From Patescibacteria group bacterium (lineage in GTDB: Bacteria; Patescibacteriota; Minisyncoccia; Phycocordibacterales; Phycocordibacteraceae): a DNA stretch of 64,000 nucleotides. Where the stretch lies: the NCBI GenBank assembly GCA_004322365.1, contig SCTS01000006.1, forward strand, positions 70,201 through 134,200, in the 5' to 3' direction. Shown here one piece after another: positions 38,895 to 47,170 of this stretch; positions within the stretch are counted from its first letter, which is position 1; the number at the start of each line of letters is the position of its first letter. The translations under genes were made by a program, and so were the position numbers. The notes under the pieces were generated by a model. The model did no database searches. It saw only the letters and a list, made by a program, of their open reading frames with translations, and was not told the DNA's origin.

Positions 38895-39010
38895 CCTCTA
38901 GCTTTCAGGTTCTAGGTTCTAGCTCTTTAACTTCTTTGAAGGCTTTTCCTTCCTGTAACCTGTAACCTCAATGATCCCTTCGGATCCGATGAGGCATCGC
39001 CTAAACCCTA
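38892..39010. repeat. Heptamer runs plus TGATCCCT hairpin repeat
   Basis: gttctag units, ctgtaac x2, then tgatcccttcggatccgatgaggcatcgccta at 38972-39003. Confidence 0.8.
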
Positions 39011-39032
39011 ATTCAGGCGTTAGAATACTTAT

Positions 39033-39770
39033 ATGTTCTCTTTTCTTATGAGCACTCAGTCAGCGTTCGCTGCATTCTTCCTGAGTTTGATACCGGTACT
39101 CATTTGGCTTACCTTTTGGCTCTTTGAAGACTCGAAGCGCCCCGAACCACGCAAACTCATCTTCTTAGCATTTGTCTCGGGCATGGTGGGAGTTCTCATC
39201 GTGCTTCCCTTTCAACAAGTAGCTGCTACATATCTCACTATGAGTTTTCCACTCATCCTTATATGGGCAGGAATTGAAGAAGTTACAAAATTTTTGATTG
39301 CGTATGTAATGATTCTCCGAAAGCGTGATGCTGATGAACCTATTGATTTTCCAATATACCTCATTACTGTTGCGCTAGGTTTTGCCGCACTCGAAAATAC
39401 ACTTTTTATTTTTAATCCCCTAGCTAACGGACAAATCTTTGAAGGTTTGGTTTCTGGAAACCTCCGCTTTATTGGTGCAACACTGGTACATGTGCTTTCA
39501 TCATCGGTGATTGGTGGAGCACTCGCATTTGCATATTATCGCGAACGAATTCAAAAAATTTGGTACGGAGTCATAGGAGTTATCCTCGCGATTCTATTGC
39601 ATGCATTCTTTAATTTCCTTATAATCATTAGTGGATCAGGTGCCACACTCACGGTTTTTCTAGGCGTGTGGTTTGGTATCATTTTCGTACTACTTGCACT
39701 TGAACGCATCAAAAGCCTAGCCCGTCCACTCTGGTGGGAAAAGATATTTATGAGAAGAAGAAACCAATAA
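39033..39770 (+). CDS. PrsW-family intramembrane metalloprotease
   Basis: PEP, AGIEEVTK, ALGFAALEN, VH, LHAFFN. Confidence 0.9.
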   Translation: MFSFLMSTQSAFAAFFLSLIPVLIWLTFWLFEDSKRPEPRKLIFLAFVSGMVGVLIVLPFQQVAATYLTMSFPLILIWAGIEEVTKFLIAYVMILRKRDADEPIDFPIYLITVALGFAALENTLFIFNPLANGQIFEGLVSGNLRFIGATLVHVLSSSVIGGALAFAYYRERIQKIWYGVIGVILAILLHAFFNFLIIISGSGATLTVFLGVWFGIIFVLLALERIKSLARPLWWEKIFMRRRNQ

Positions 39771-39783
39771 TCATTTTAGTACT

Positions 39784-40260
39784 ATGGCAAAAAAACCCTC
39801 ATTCTTTGATCGACTTACTGGTGCGAACTTCGACAACGACTTCGATACCTTTGAAGAAAAAACATCGGTACAAAATAACTCATATGATGAAGACAGCGGG
39901 CCCATTACTGTTCCTGAACGCGAAGAGCCAGGTGCCGCACAGCTTACCGTTGATGTATACCAGAATGATTCAGATATCATGATCCGTGCACTCGTTGCAG
40001 GGGTACGACCAGAAGACTTGGATATTGCCATCACCAGAGACATGGTGACTATACAGGGAAAGCGCGTTGACCAGAAAGAAGTGAGCGAAGATGGGTATGT
40101 GTATCGAGAGCTCTATTGGGGAGCATTTGCACGAACCATTGTCCTTCCTGCTGAAATTGATGTCGACTCAGCTGAGGCGAGTGAAAAACACGGCCTCCTT
40201 ACACTCAAACTTCCAAAAATAAACAAGAACCGTCAAACAAAGCTCAAAGTGAAAGGTTAA
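39784..40260 (+). CDS. Hsp20/alpha-crystallin small heat-shock protein
   Basis: LTVDVYQ, AGVRPEDLDI, ELYWGAFARTIVLP, HGLLTLKLPK. Confidence 0.92.
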   Translation: MAKKPSFFDRLTGANFDNDFDTFEEKTSVQNNSYDEDSGPITVPEREEPGAAQLTVDVYQNDSDIMIRALVAGVRPEDLDIAITRDMVTIQGKRVDQKEVSEDGYVYRELYWGAFARTIVLPAEIDVDSAEASEKHGLLTLKLPKINKNRQTKLKVKG

Positions 40261-40262
40261 AT

Positions 40263-40293
40263 AAAAAAACCGCCCTTTAAGGGCGGTTTTTTT
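40263..40293. terminator. Bidirectional intrinsic terminator
   Basis: aaaaaaaccgccct-tta-agggcggttttttt between convergent genes. Confidence 0.85.
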
Positions 40294-40302
40294 ATTGGTA
40301 CC

Positions 40303-40905
40303 CTAACCTACAACAGGTAAACCACCAAAATCAGTTTTCTGAATCTCTTTGTATTTTGGATTTTTCACGAGCGCAGGCTTGCCGTCTTTCTCAATAACAT
40401 AATAGGCAAACCCCTGCATCTGTTGTACTGGTTTATAATCCGCATGCCCTGGCAAGGATACTGGATCGCGCTCTTCAAAGTCGACAGGACTATCGTCAGC
40501 AGTGACAAAATAGGTGTTCCCCGTATTGACCACTAGGTGCCCGAAATCTTTCGGCATGTACACGCTATCCCCCGCTTTCACAGAGAGTGCACGGAACTCT
40601 TCTATAACATCCGCTTGAGGATTTCCTGACGCATCAAGCGCGCGCTTCTGAAGAAGGGCAATACCTTCTCCAAGAATAATCCAGTAGTTTTCATCAAGAT
40701 CGCCAACATGATAATGGCCATAGGTCTTGATATATTCACCACCTACAAGTCCTGGTTCCCAAACGGTAACATTACGCTGATCAGAGCCCCCTCGAATCAT
40801 GTAGTAATGAATAGCAGGCCCTGGAGCGCTCGGATTCATTAAAACCTCCTGCATCTTTTCATGCGAACGAGAAGCGTAGTGTTTAGGAACATCCTTAAAA
40901 TCCAT
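40303..40905 (-). CDS. Cupin-type glucose-6-phosphate isomerase family protein
   Basis: EYIKTYGHYH...ENY..GEG...FGHLVVNTG; start moved downstream of tRNA-Phe. Confidence 0.8.
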   Translation of the reverse strand: MDFKDVPKHYASRSHEKMQEVLMNPSAPGPAIHYYMIRGGSDQRNVTVWEPGLVGGEYIKTYGHYHVGDLDENYWIILGEGIALLQKRALDASGNPQADVIEEFRALSVKAGDSVYMPKDFGHLVVNTGNTYFVTADDSPVDFEERDPVSLPGHADYKPVQQMQGFAYYVIEKDGKPALVKNPKYKEIQKTDFGGLPVVG

Positions 40906-40938
40906 AGTGTTTAAGAAATTATAACAAACTTTTAAATG

Positions 40939-41011
40939 TGCTGGGACCCGGGTTCGAACCGGGGACCTCACCCTCTTCAGGGGCGCGCTCTACCAACTGA
41001 GCTATCCCAGC
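40939..41011 (-). tRNA. tRNA-Phe(GAA)
   Basis: GCTGGGA/TCCCAGC acceptor, CGCCC-CTGAAGA-GGGTG. Confidence 0.95.
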
Positions 41012-41053
41012 AATCTGCGTATTCTAGCCGAATTTATGGCTAAAATCTAGGTT

Positions 41054-41344
41054 CTACTGCCCACCCCCAAACTTCTTTAAAAGCTCGTCTAATTTAGAAA
41101 GATTAACGCTTGTTGTGTTACTCACCGCACTCGTTGTCTTTTGAACATTCTGATAGGTGTCTAATACTCCCTGCAAATACGGCTGAATAAAGAGCCATGC
41201 AATGTAGGGCAACACGATAAACAGAACGACCCACACAACAAATTTCACAATGCCTCCAATGAACGCGTCACGACGCATTGCCTTGAGCATGTGATTGTTC
41301 TCCTTTGTAAACTCATACATCTCAGTCAATTTTTGTTCATCCAT
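41054..41344 (-). CDS. Single-TM hypothetical protein
   Basis: ENNHMLKAMRR followed by TM helix and IQPYL. Confidence 0.7.
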   Translation of the reverse strand: MDEQKLTEMYEFTKENNHMLKAMRRDAFIGGIVKFVVWVVLFIVLPYIAWLFIQPYLQGVLDTYQNVQKTTSAVSNTTSVNLSKLDELLKKFGGGQ

Positions 41345-41395
41345 GCAAAAAAGTATAGCACCGTGTTAGACTAGGGCACGCGACATTTGCCCACA

Positions 41396-41467
41396 GCCCT
41401 CTTAGTTCAATGGATAGAACGGAGGTTTCCTAAACCTCTGATTCAGGTTCGACTCCTGAGGAGGGCA
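41396..41467 (+). tRNA. tRNA-Arg(CCT)
   Basis: GCCCTCT/GGAGGGC acceptor, GAGGT-TTCCTAA-ACCTC. Confidence 0.93.
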
Positions 41468-41627
41468 CAAAAGTACGCGGAGCGTTTTTGAACACTCCAA
41501 AATGTCTGGGAGACATTTGTTCAGGAGTCGAAGATCTTGTGAGCATTTTTTCTGAGTCGTTTCGATGAAAGAAAAAATCCACAAGGTGTACAGCTCCTGT
41601 AAGGAGAGACTCCTGAGGAGGGCACAA
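41468..41627 (+). other. tRNA-trailing element (Arg) bounded by a 20 bp direct repeat of the tRNA 3' end
   Basis: gactcctgaggagggcacaa at 41451-41470 and 41608-41627; inverted T-arm tcaggagtcgaa at 41521-41532. Confidence 0.85.
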
Positions 41628-41630
41628 TAA

Positions 41631-41659
41631 CAAAAAACCCGCCAGTGGCGGGTTTTTTG
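41631..41659. terminator. Bidirectional intrinsic terminator
   Basis: caaaaaacccgcca-g-tggcgggttttttg. Confidence 0.85.
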
Positions 41660-41917
41660 TTAGGCGGTGATGTTGAGAAGTTCTGAAAGCTTTTCCTTAT
41701 CAAAACCAATAACTACATCGTCCCCAATAACAGTCACCGGAACGCCCATTTGGCTGGTGATATTGAACATTTCTTGTCGACGCTCAAGGTCCTTGGAGAC
41801 ATCATAATTAGTGAACTCTATTCCTTTCTCAATGAAAAATTCCTTCGTCATCTGGCAGAAATGGCAGGTAGGCGTTGAGTATATTGCGACTGTTTTTTGC
41901 TGTGTTGGCTGATCCAT
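41660..41917 (-). CDS. Glutaredoxin-like protein (YruB/NrdH type)
   Basis: YSTPTCHFC, QMGVPV, IGFD. Confidence 0.9.
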   Translation of the reverse strand: MDQPTQQKTVAIYSTPTCHFCQMTKEFFIEKGIEFTNYDVSKDLERRQEMFNITSQMGVPVTVIGDDVVIGFDKEKLSELLNITA

Positions 41918-42014
41918 AGAATTTTAATTTATTAGTTTGGATAGTATATCATTCCTCGAAAAGCTCGCCACTCCTTGCCCTAGAACCTTAGCTATCTTAC
42001 TATTCTACTGCCAA

Positions 42015-42085
42015 GCGGAATTAGTTTAGTGGCAGAACTGGTGCTTCCCAAGCATCAGGCGGGAGTTCGATTCTCCCATTCCGCA
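42015..42085 (+). tRNA. tRNA-Gly(CCC)
   Basis: GCGGAAT/ATTCCGC acceptor, GGTGC-TTCCCAA-GCATC. Confidence 0.93.
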
Positions 42086-42134
42086 CTAGAATGGCGAAGC
42101 CAAAGCGTTTTGGGGGAAGAAAATTTTTAATCAT

Positions 42135-42719
42135 ATGAATCCAGGAAAACCAAATTTTAATCCCAAACCGCCTACGCAGGAACAGGAAGAATCTGTTAAA
42201 TCTGAAAAAGAAATTGCGTGGGATAAAAAACTTGAAGAGGTAAATAAAATTACTGATGGTCTTGGTCTTGATGAAAAAATCAAGGAACCGGTCGCGGCCT
42301 TTTTGATCCATGAATTTACCACTAGTCAGTCTTGTGAAGGACATGTTGGAGAAGAAGAAAAACATGGACTTTCCTTTCCTTGGATAGAAATTTATGCTCC
42401 TGAACCGAAAGGTTGGAGAGAAGTAACGGGAGAAAAGAAAAAACAGTTGGACAGAGAGTGGAAGATAGAAAATTTGAAACAACAAGAGAAAATGATGGGT
42501 TTTTTTGCAGAATTTTATCAAGGTAGGGAAACACCATTTGATGCAAGACTGACCTTTGCCGGCATAGGGGCTTTCAGTGGCTTCCGAGTTCAAAGTTTTG
42601 GAGTAGAAATGATGAAATTATTACCGCTAGAAAAACAACTCAAAAAACTTGAACTTTATCGAAAAGAGATGAATGATTTTACTAACTTTTTGAAAAGTAA
42701 GTATTTTTCAAAAGAATAA
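42135..42719 (+). CDS. Hypothetical protein, AT-rich, downstream of tRNA-Gly
   Basis: 194 aa ORF with DGLGLDEKIKE..TSQSCEGH..PWI motif. Confidence 0.7.
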   Translation: MNPGKPNFNPKPPTQEQEESVKSEKEIAWDKKLEEVNKITDGLGLDEKIKEPVAAFLIHEFTTSQSCEGHVGEEEKHGLSFPWIEIYAPEPKGWREVTGEKKKQLDREWKIENLKQQEKMMGFFAEFYQGRETPFDARLTFAGIGAFSGFRVQSFGVEMMKLLPLEKQLKKLELYRKEMNDFTNFLKSKYFSKE

Positions 42720-42873
42720 TTTAAAGAATTTGTCGCCAAAGAAAAACTTTAAATTGTCAGCGGTACGGCTCCGCCACCTTTCAAAATTTTCGTGGAGAGA
42801 GGAATTTTTTGGAAAAGTGTGTTCGGACTAATTCACGAATACTGCACAAATCGAAGATTGCTGGGAATCGAAA

Positions 42874-43248
42874 TTACCACGGCCACCAGTCCAGTAATCC
42901 TTTCCAAAAAGCAGTATTAGAAGTACTTGTTGCTTTTGCGGTCGGTTTTGGAGCAATGAGCATAATCTCCTCTTCTCCTGGCTTTGCTACAGGAAAGCGT
43001 TTGCGCACCTCTTCTTCGATTCCTCGTGGAGTATCAAATTTTTGTAGATTTTCAGTGAGTACAACCTTCCGATTTGAAAGCTCAGATAGCGCATGCACCT
43101 CATTTTTATGTTGAATGCGAGCATCTCGTTCTTTGGTGTACACATGCCATGTGGTAAAGGCAAATACAATCAAAATTGCCCCACCAACCAAAAAACCTGC
43201 CCAGAGCAGAGTGCGAGCAAAGAGCCGCTTCCATTGTTTAGGAGTCAT
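42874..43248 (-). CDS. Septum formation initiator (FtsB/DivIC-like)
   Basis: TM helix, coiled coil, IEEEVRKRFPVAKPGE. Confidence 0.7.
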   Translation of the reverse strand: MTPKQWKRLFARTLLWAGFLVGGAILIVFAFTTWHVYTKERDARIQHKNEVHALSELSNRKVVLTENLQKFDTPRGIEEEVRKRFPVAKPGEEEIMLIAPKPTAKATSTSNTAFWKGLLDWWPW

Positions 43249-43257
43249 TTTGAAAAA

Positions 43258-43331
43258 AGCTGTTGGCTTTCAGCTATCGGCTTTCAGCTTGAAATCAAAA
43301 GCTAGAACCTGACAGCTGGAAACTGTAAGCT
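43258..43331. repeat. Inverted heptamer array
   Basis: (ctttcag)-type units, spacer, then ctagaac ctgacag ctggaaa ctgtaag. Confidence 0.8.
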
Positions 43332-43352
43332 TCTTTATTGTATACTGTCTCA

Positions 43353-43457
43353 ATGTTATTCGACAAAAAACACAAAGGGGCTATACAGATAGTGTGGGTA
43401 GTAGTGGCTGTGCTTATTATTGTAAGCATGATTGTACTTTCGTTCCCAATTCAATAA
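43353..43457 (+). CDS. Small membrane protein (34 aa), not in ORF track
   Basis: MLFDKKHKGAIQIVWVVVAVLIIVSMIVLSFPIQ; TATACT 6 nt before ATG. Confidence 0.65.
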   Translation: MLFDKKHKGAIQIVWVVVAVLIIVSMIVLSFPIQ

Positions 43458-43458
43458 T

Positions 43459-43533
43459 CAGGTTCTAGGTGCTAGCTTCTAGGTTTCAGGTTTCTATTTA
43501 AAGCTAGCACCTAGGCCCTAGAACCTAACACCT
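43459..43533. repeat. Inverted heptamer array
   Basis: gttctag gtgctag cttctag gtttcag - spacer - ctagcac ctaggcc ctagaac ctaacac. Confidence 0.85.
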
Positions 43534-45348
43534 CTAATTGCTGTCTGGTTTTATCATTTTCAAAAATACCTCTGGTGGTATTTGTACTTTTGCATGCCCT
43601 CCTCGTCGCTCCTTTCCTCTCTTCTGCTTTTCAAGCACCTTCTTTTTTCTTGAAACATCTCCACCGTACAAACCACTCGTCACATCTTTACGCATAGCGG
43701 AAAGAGAGCGTGATGCAATAATACGACCATTCGCCTGTGATTGTATTTTTAAAACAAATTGCTGACGGGGCAATGTATTAGCAAGTTTTTCTACAACTGC
43801 ACGCGCCTCTTCTTCAACTCGACGCTCTGAAATAATGCGTGAAAATGCGGGCACTAATTCTTCTGCCACTAGGACATCGAGTCTCGTAACGGTTGCAGGA
43901 CGGAACTCTCCGAACTCATACGAGAGCGACGCAAAACCAGAAGATACACTTTTCAAACGGTCAAAAAATCCACGCATTAATTCACGGAGTGGCATTTCGG
44001 CTTTAATAAGAAGCCTGTCGTCTCCATATCCTGACAAACCAAACAGATCAGCAGAGTGTATGGTTGCTTCGTACTCGTACAACAATTGCGTCATTGGCGA
44101 CAAGTAGGAAGGTGGAATAATAATTGCGATATTCACCCACTGCTCACGAACTGATGCAATCATGCCGTGCGGAGGAAATTGTGTCGGAGTATAAATCTGT
44201 TCTGTCTTACCTTTTGTATCAGTCACCTCATACATAATTGAAGGTGTAGTGATGATTGGGGTAATAGAAAATTCACGCGTCAGGCGTTCAGTCACGATCT
44301 CCATATGGAGCATACCTAAAAAACCACATCGAAAACCCTTTCCAAGAACTGAAGAGCCATCTTCTTCAAATGAGAGCGCTGCATCCGAGAGCTTGAGTCG
44401 CAAAAGTGCCTGCTTAAGAAGCGTAAATCCATCTTGGCTGTCAGGATACAAAGATGCCCACACCACAGCCTTAGGGGTGCTATAGCCCTCATAGGCAGGC
44501 AAGGTAGAGTTTCCTGCCTTTATGGTGTCACCCACCAACGCAACCCCAGGCTCCTTTATTCCCGTTACCACATATCCAATGTCACCCGCTGAAAGAAACG
44601 GGGTAGGAAATTCTGCTGGCACTAACCACCCTGTTTCAAGTGCGGTCATTTTCTTTCCCACTGCCATGAAAGAGATTGTGTCTTTAGTGCGCAACTCCCC
44701 ATCAGTCACACGCACATATGCCACCACCCCTCGGTGTTCTGAATATGAAAAATCAAACACAAGCGCTCGCCCACCCTGCCCTGTCGCTTGATATGAAGTA
44801 GTGGGAGGTGGTACGCGTTCAACAATAGCAACAAGTAATTCTGCTACCCCCTCCCCTGTTTTTCCTGAGACTGACAAGACTTCCGATTCCTCCACATTCA
44901 AAAGTCGCGCCAGAGCTGAACGAACTTCCGGCACCCTTGACGCCGGCATATCAATTTTTGATAAGACAGGAATAATGACACATCCAGCATCCCGTGCCAT
45001 TGCAAGTGTTGCAAGTGTTTGTGCCTGAATGCCTTGCGTCGAGTCCACGAGGAGAAGCACGCCTTCAACGGCAGTAAGCGCGCGCGATACTTCATATGCA
45101 AAATCTATGTGCCCTGGAGTATCGATAAGATTGAGAACGTAGTTTGTAGAATTCAGAGCGTAGTTCATTCGAACAGGTTGCATCTTTATAGTGATGCCAC
45201 GCTCTCGCTCCAAATCCATTTGGTCGAGTACCTGCTCACGCATCTTCCGAGTAGGTACAGTATTGGTCACCTCAAGCATGCGATCAGCCAAGGTACTTTT
45301 ACCATGGTCAATGTGTGCGATTATAGAAAAATTACGAATATGTTTCAT
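43534..45348 (-). CDS. lepA: Elongation factor 4
   Basis: IRNFSIIAHIDHGKSTLADR, ERERGITIK, GFRCGFLGMLH, YGGDVSRKKKVLEKQK. Confidence 0.97.
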   Translation of the reverse strand: MKHIRNFSIIAHIDHGKSTLADRMLEVTNTVPTRKMREQVLDQMDLERERGITIKMQPVRMNYALNSTNYVLNLIDTPGHIDFAYEVSRALTAVEGVLLLVDSTQGIQAQTLATLAMARDAGCVIIPVLSKIDMPASRVPEVRSALARLLNVEESEVLSVSGKTGEGVAELLVAIVERVPPPTTSYQATGQGGRALVFDFSYSEHRGVVAYVRVTDGELRTKDTISFMAVGKKMTALETGWLVPAEFPTPFLSAGDIGYVVTGIKEPGVALVGDTIKAGNSTLPAYEGYSTPKAVVWASLYPDSQDGFTLLKQALLRLKLSDAALSFEEDGSSVLGKGFRCGFLGMLHMEIVTERLTREFSITPIITTPSIMYEVTDTKGKTEQIYTPTQFPPHGMIASVREQWVNIAIIIPPSYLSPMTQLLYEYEATIHSADLFGLSGYGDDRLLIKAEMPLRELMRGFFDRLKSVSSGFASLSYEFGEFRPATVTRLDVLVAEELVPAFSRIISERRVEEEARAVVEKLANTLPRQQFVLKIQSQANGRIIASRSLSAMRKDVTSGLYGGDVSRKKKVLEKQKRGKERRGGHAKVQIPPEVFLKMIKPDSN

Positions 45349-45388
45349 AGGGCAATTAATTCAGTATGCAATATAGTCGACAAAAATT

Positions 45389-47038
45389 TCACCATGCCTT
45401 TAATCCCTTCTTAAGAAGATGCATGGTGGCAGCGTGAATTTCTTTCAATTCCTGACTCTTTAGAACAAAGAGAACGAGGAGCCACAATATACTTCCAAAC
45501 AAGACAGCGCCGACGCCCTGCGTGAAGATACCGAAGAATGTGGTTGTGGGCAATAGCGGAGCGGAAACCTGCAATACTGCATATGCTCCTGTGGCAGCGA
45601 TTATAGATGCCGCGAAAGATGAACCGAGAGTATGAAGCACTCCTTTTTCAAAACCAAATCGACGCGCAAAAAGATATCCGAAGACACACGCTACACCGAG
45701 CATCGCTAGCGAATACACTATTGGAATCATCAAAACTGATGTCCCTGGAACATCACTAACTCGGAGGAGTGCTTCTATGAAAAATCGCGGTGTTTGGGCA
45801 GATGCAATCCAGATGACCGCAATGTATGCGCCTACACCCGCTACAATTGCGCCACCGACATTCACCACAATAGGAACAAGTGTTGAATGTGCCGCATAAT
45901 AGCTTCTGGAAAAAATAAGTATGACGGACTGCGCAATCAAGGAGATTGCGAAACACGCAAGCACTGCCGCGGTAAGCCGTGTGTCATCCCATGAAAATGC
46001 ACCTGTGCCGAGAATGATACGAACGATATGTGCACGCAAAACAACAATGAATGTTATGGCGGGAAATGTCCAAAATACAATGTGGCGAACACTTGCCCAC
46101 ACTTCACGCATAAATAATCCCCTGTCCCCTTTTGCAATAAGAACGGAGAGTGCGGGGAAAATTGCAGCCGCATATGAAACACCAACAATAGTAAGAGGAA
46201 CGGATTGTAAATTAAATCCAAACGCGAGTGCCGACACTGTGCCCGCAGCAGTTAAAGAAGCGATACTTGCAAATACAAGAAGTAAAATTTGTTGCGCAGA
46301 CAATGCGAGCGCGCGAGGCATTGAGGGCAAAGCAACTTCAACAATGGATGCACGGATTGAATTCCATGAAGGGCGTACAATGTGGCGCGCATGTCCAAGT
46401 ATTGGAATCACTTGCGCAGACACGTGTAACAGCGCCCCGAGAGCAACACCCCACGCAAGACCAGCAATACCAAATTCTGGATATAGGAATACTGCACCCA
46501 CGATGATACCTACATTGTAAAGAATTGGTGCGAGCGCAAATATGATGAATTGACGGAGTACCTGTACGACTGATGTCGCAATTGAAGAGAGACCTAACAA
46601 CACTGGTTGAACCAACATGATGCGCGACAAAAGAATAGTATCCGTAACAACTTCAGGAGAAAAGCCAGGAAAAAGAAACGGAATAATAAATGGCATTGCG
46701 AAGAATAACAGTCCAGAAATTACAACCGCACTCACGCCGAAAGCAAAGAGTACATTGCCAACAATGACCCCCTGAGCATCTTTGTCTTTACCTGAGAGGA
46801 GTGGTACTAACGCGAAAGAAGACACAAACAAGGTTAGAAAGGCAAACACAAGGTCAGGAATCCGAAATGCAGCAAAATACGCATCGAGTATTGGACCTGC
46901 CCCAAAAAGATGCGCAAACGTTCTATCGCGAACAAGTGCTAATACTTGCGAGAGAACGGAAAAGCCTGCCAACACATATGCTGCCTCATGAAGACCACGG
47001 ATAGGTCTCGTCATTGCTTCAATAACGGCACGCACCAT
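45389..47038 (-). CDS. murJ: Lipid II flippase MurJ
   Basis: SQVLALVRDR, DAYFAAFRIPD, APILYNVGII; multi-TM. Confidence 0.9.
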   Translation of the reverse strand: MVRAVIEAMTRPIRGLHEAAYVLAGFSVLSQVLALVRDRTFAHLFGAGPILDAYFAAFRIPDLVFAFLTLFVSSFALVPLLSGKDKDAQGVIVGNVLFAFGVSAVVISGLLFFAMPFIIPFLFPGFSPEVVTDTILLSRIMLVQPVLLGLSSIATSVVQVLRQFIIFALAPILYNVGIIVGAVFLYPEFGIAGLAWGVALGALLHVSAQVIPILGHARHIVRPSWNSIRASIVEVALPSMPRALALSAQQILLLVFASIASLTAAGTVSALAFGFNLQSVPLTIVGVSYAAAIFPALSVLIAKGDRGLFMREVWASVRHIVFWTFPAITFIVVLRAHIVRIILGTGAFSWDDTRLTAAVLACFAISLIAQSVILIFSRSYYAAHSTLVPIVVNVGGAIVAGVGAYIAVIWIASAQTPRFFIEALLRVSDVPGTSVLMIPIVYSLAMLGVACVFGYLFARRFGFEKGVLHTLGSSFAASIIAATGAYAVLQVSAPLLPTTTFFGIFTQGVGAVLFGSILWLLVLFVLKSQELKEIHAATMHLLKKGLKAW

Positions 47039-47170
47039 ATCAGATTTCTCTATTGTGAAGCTTCCGCTCTTAGTGTTAATTTTTGTGTGTTCATATTCTC
47101 TACGTACAGTACGCTACTTACGACATCAGACGCTCGGGCAATCCTAACGGTAGTATTTCCGAGACGCGTC

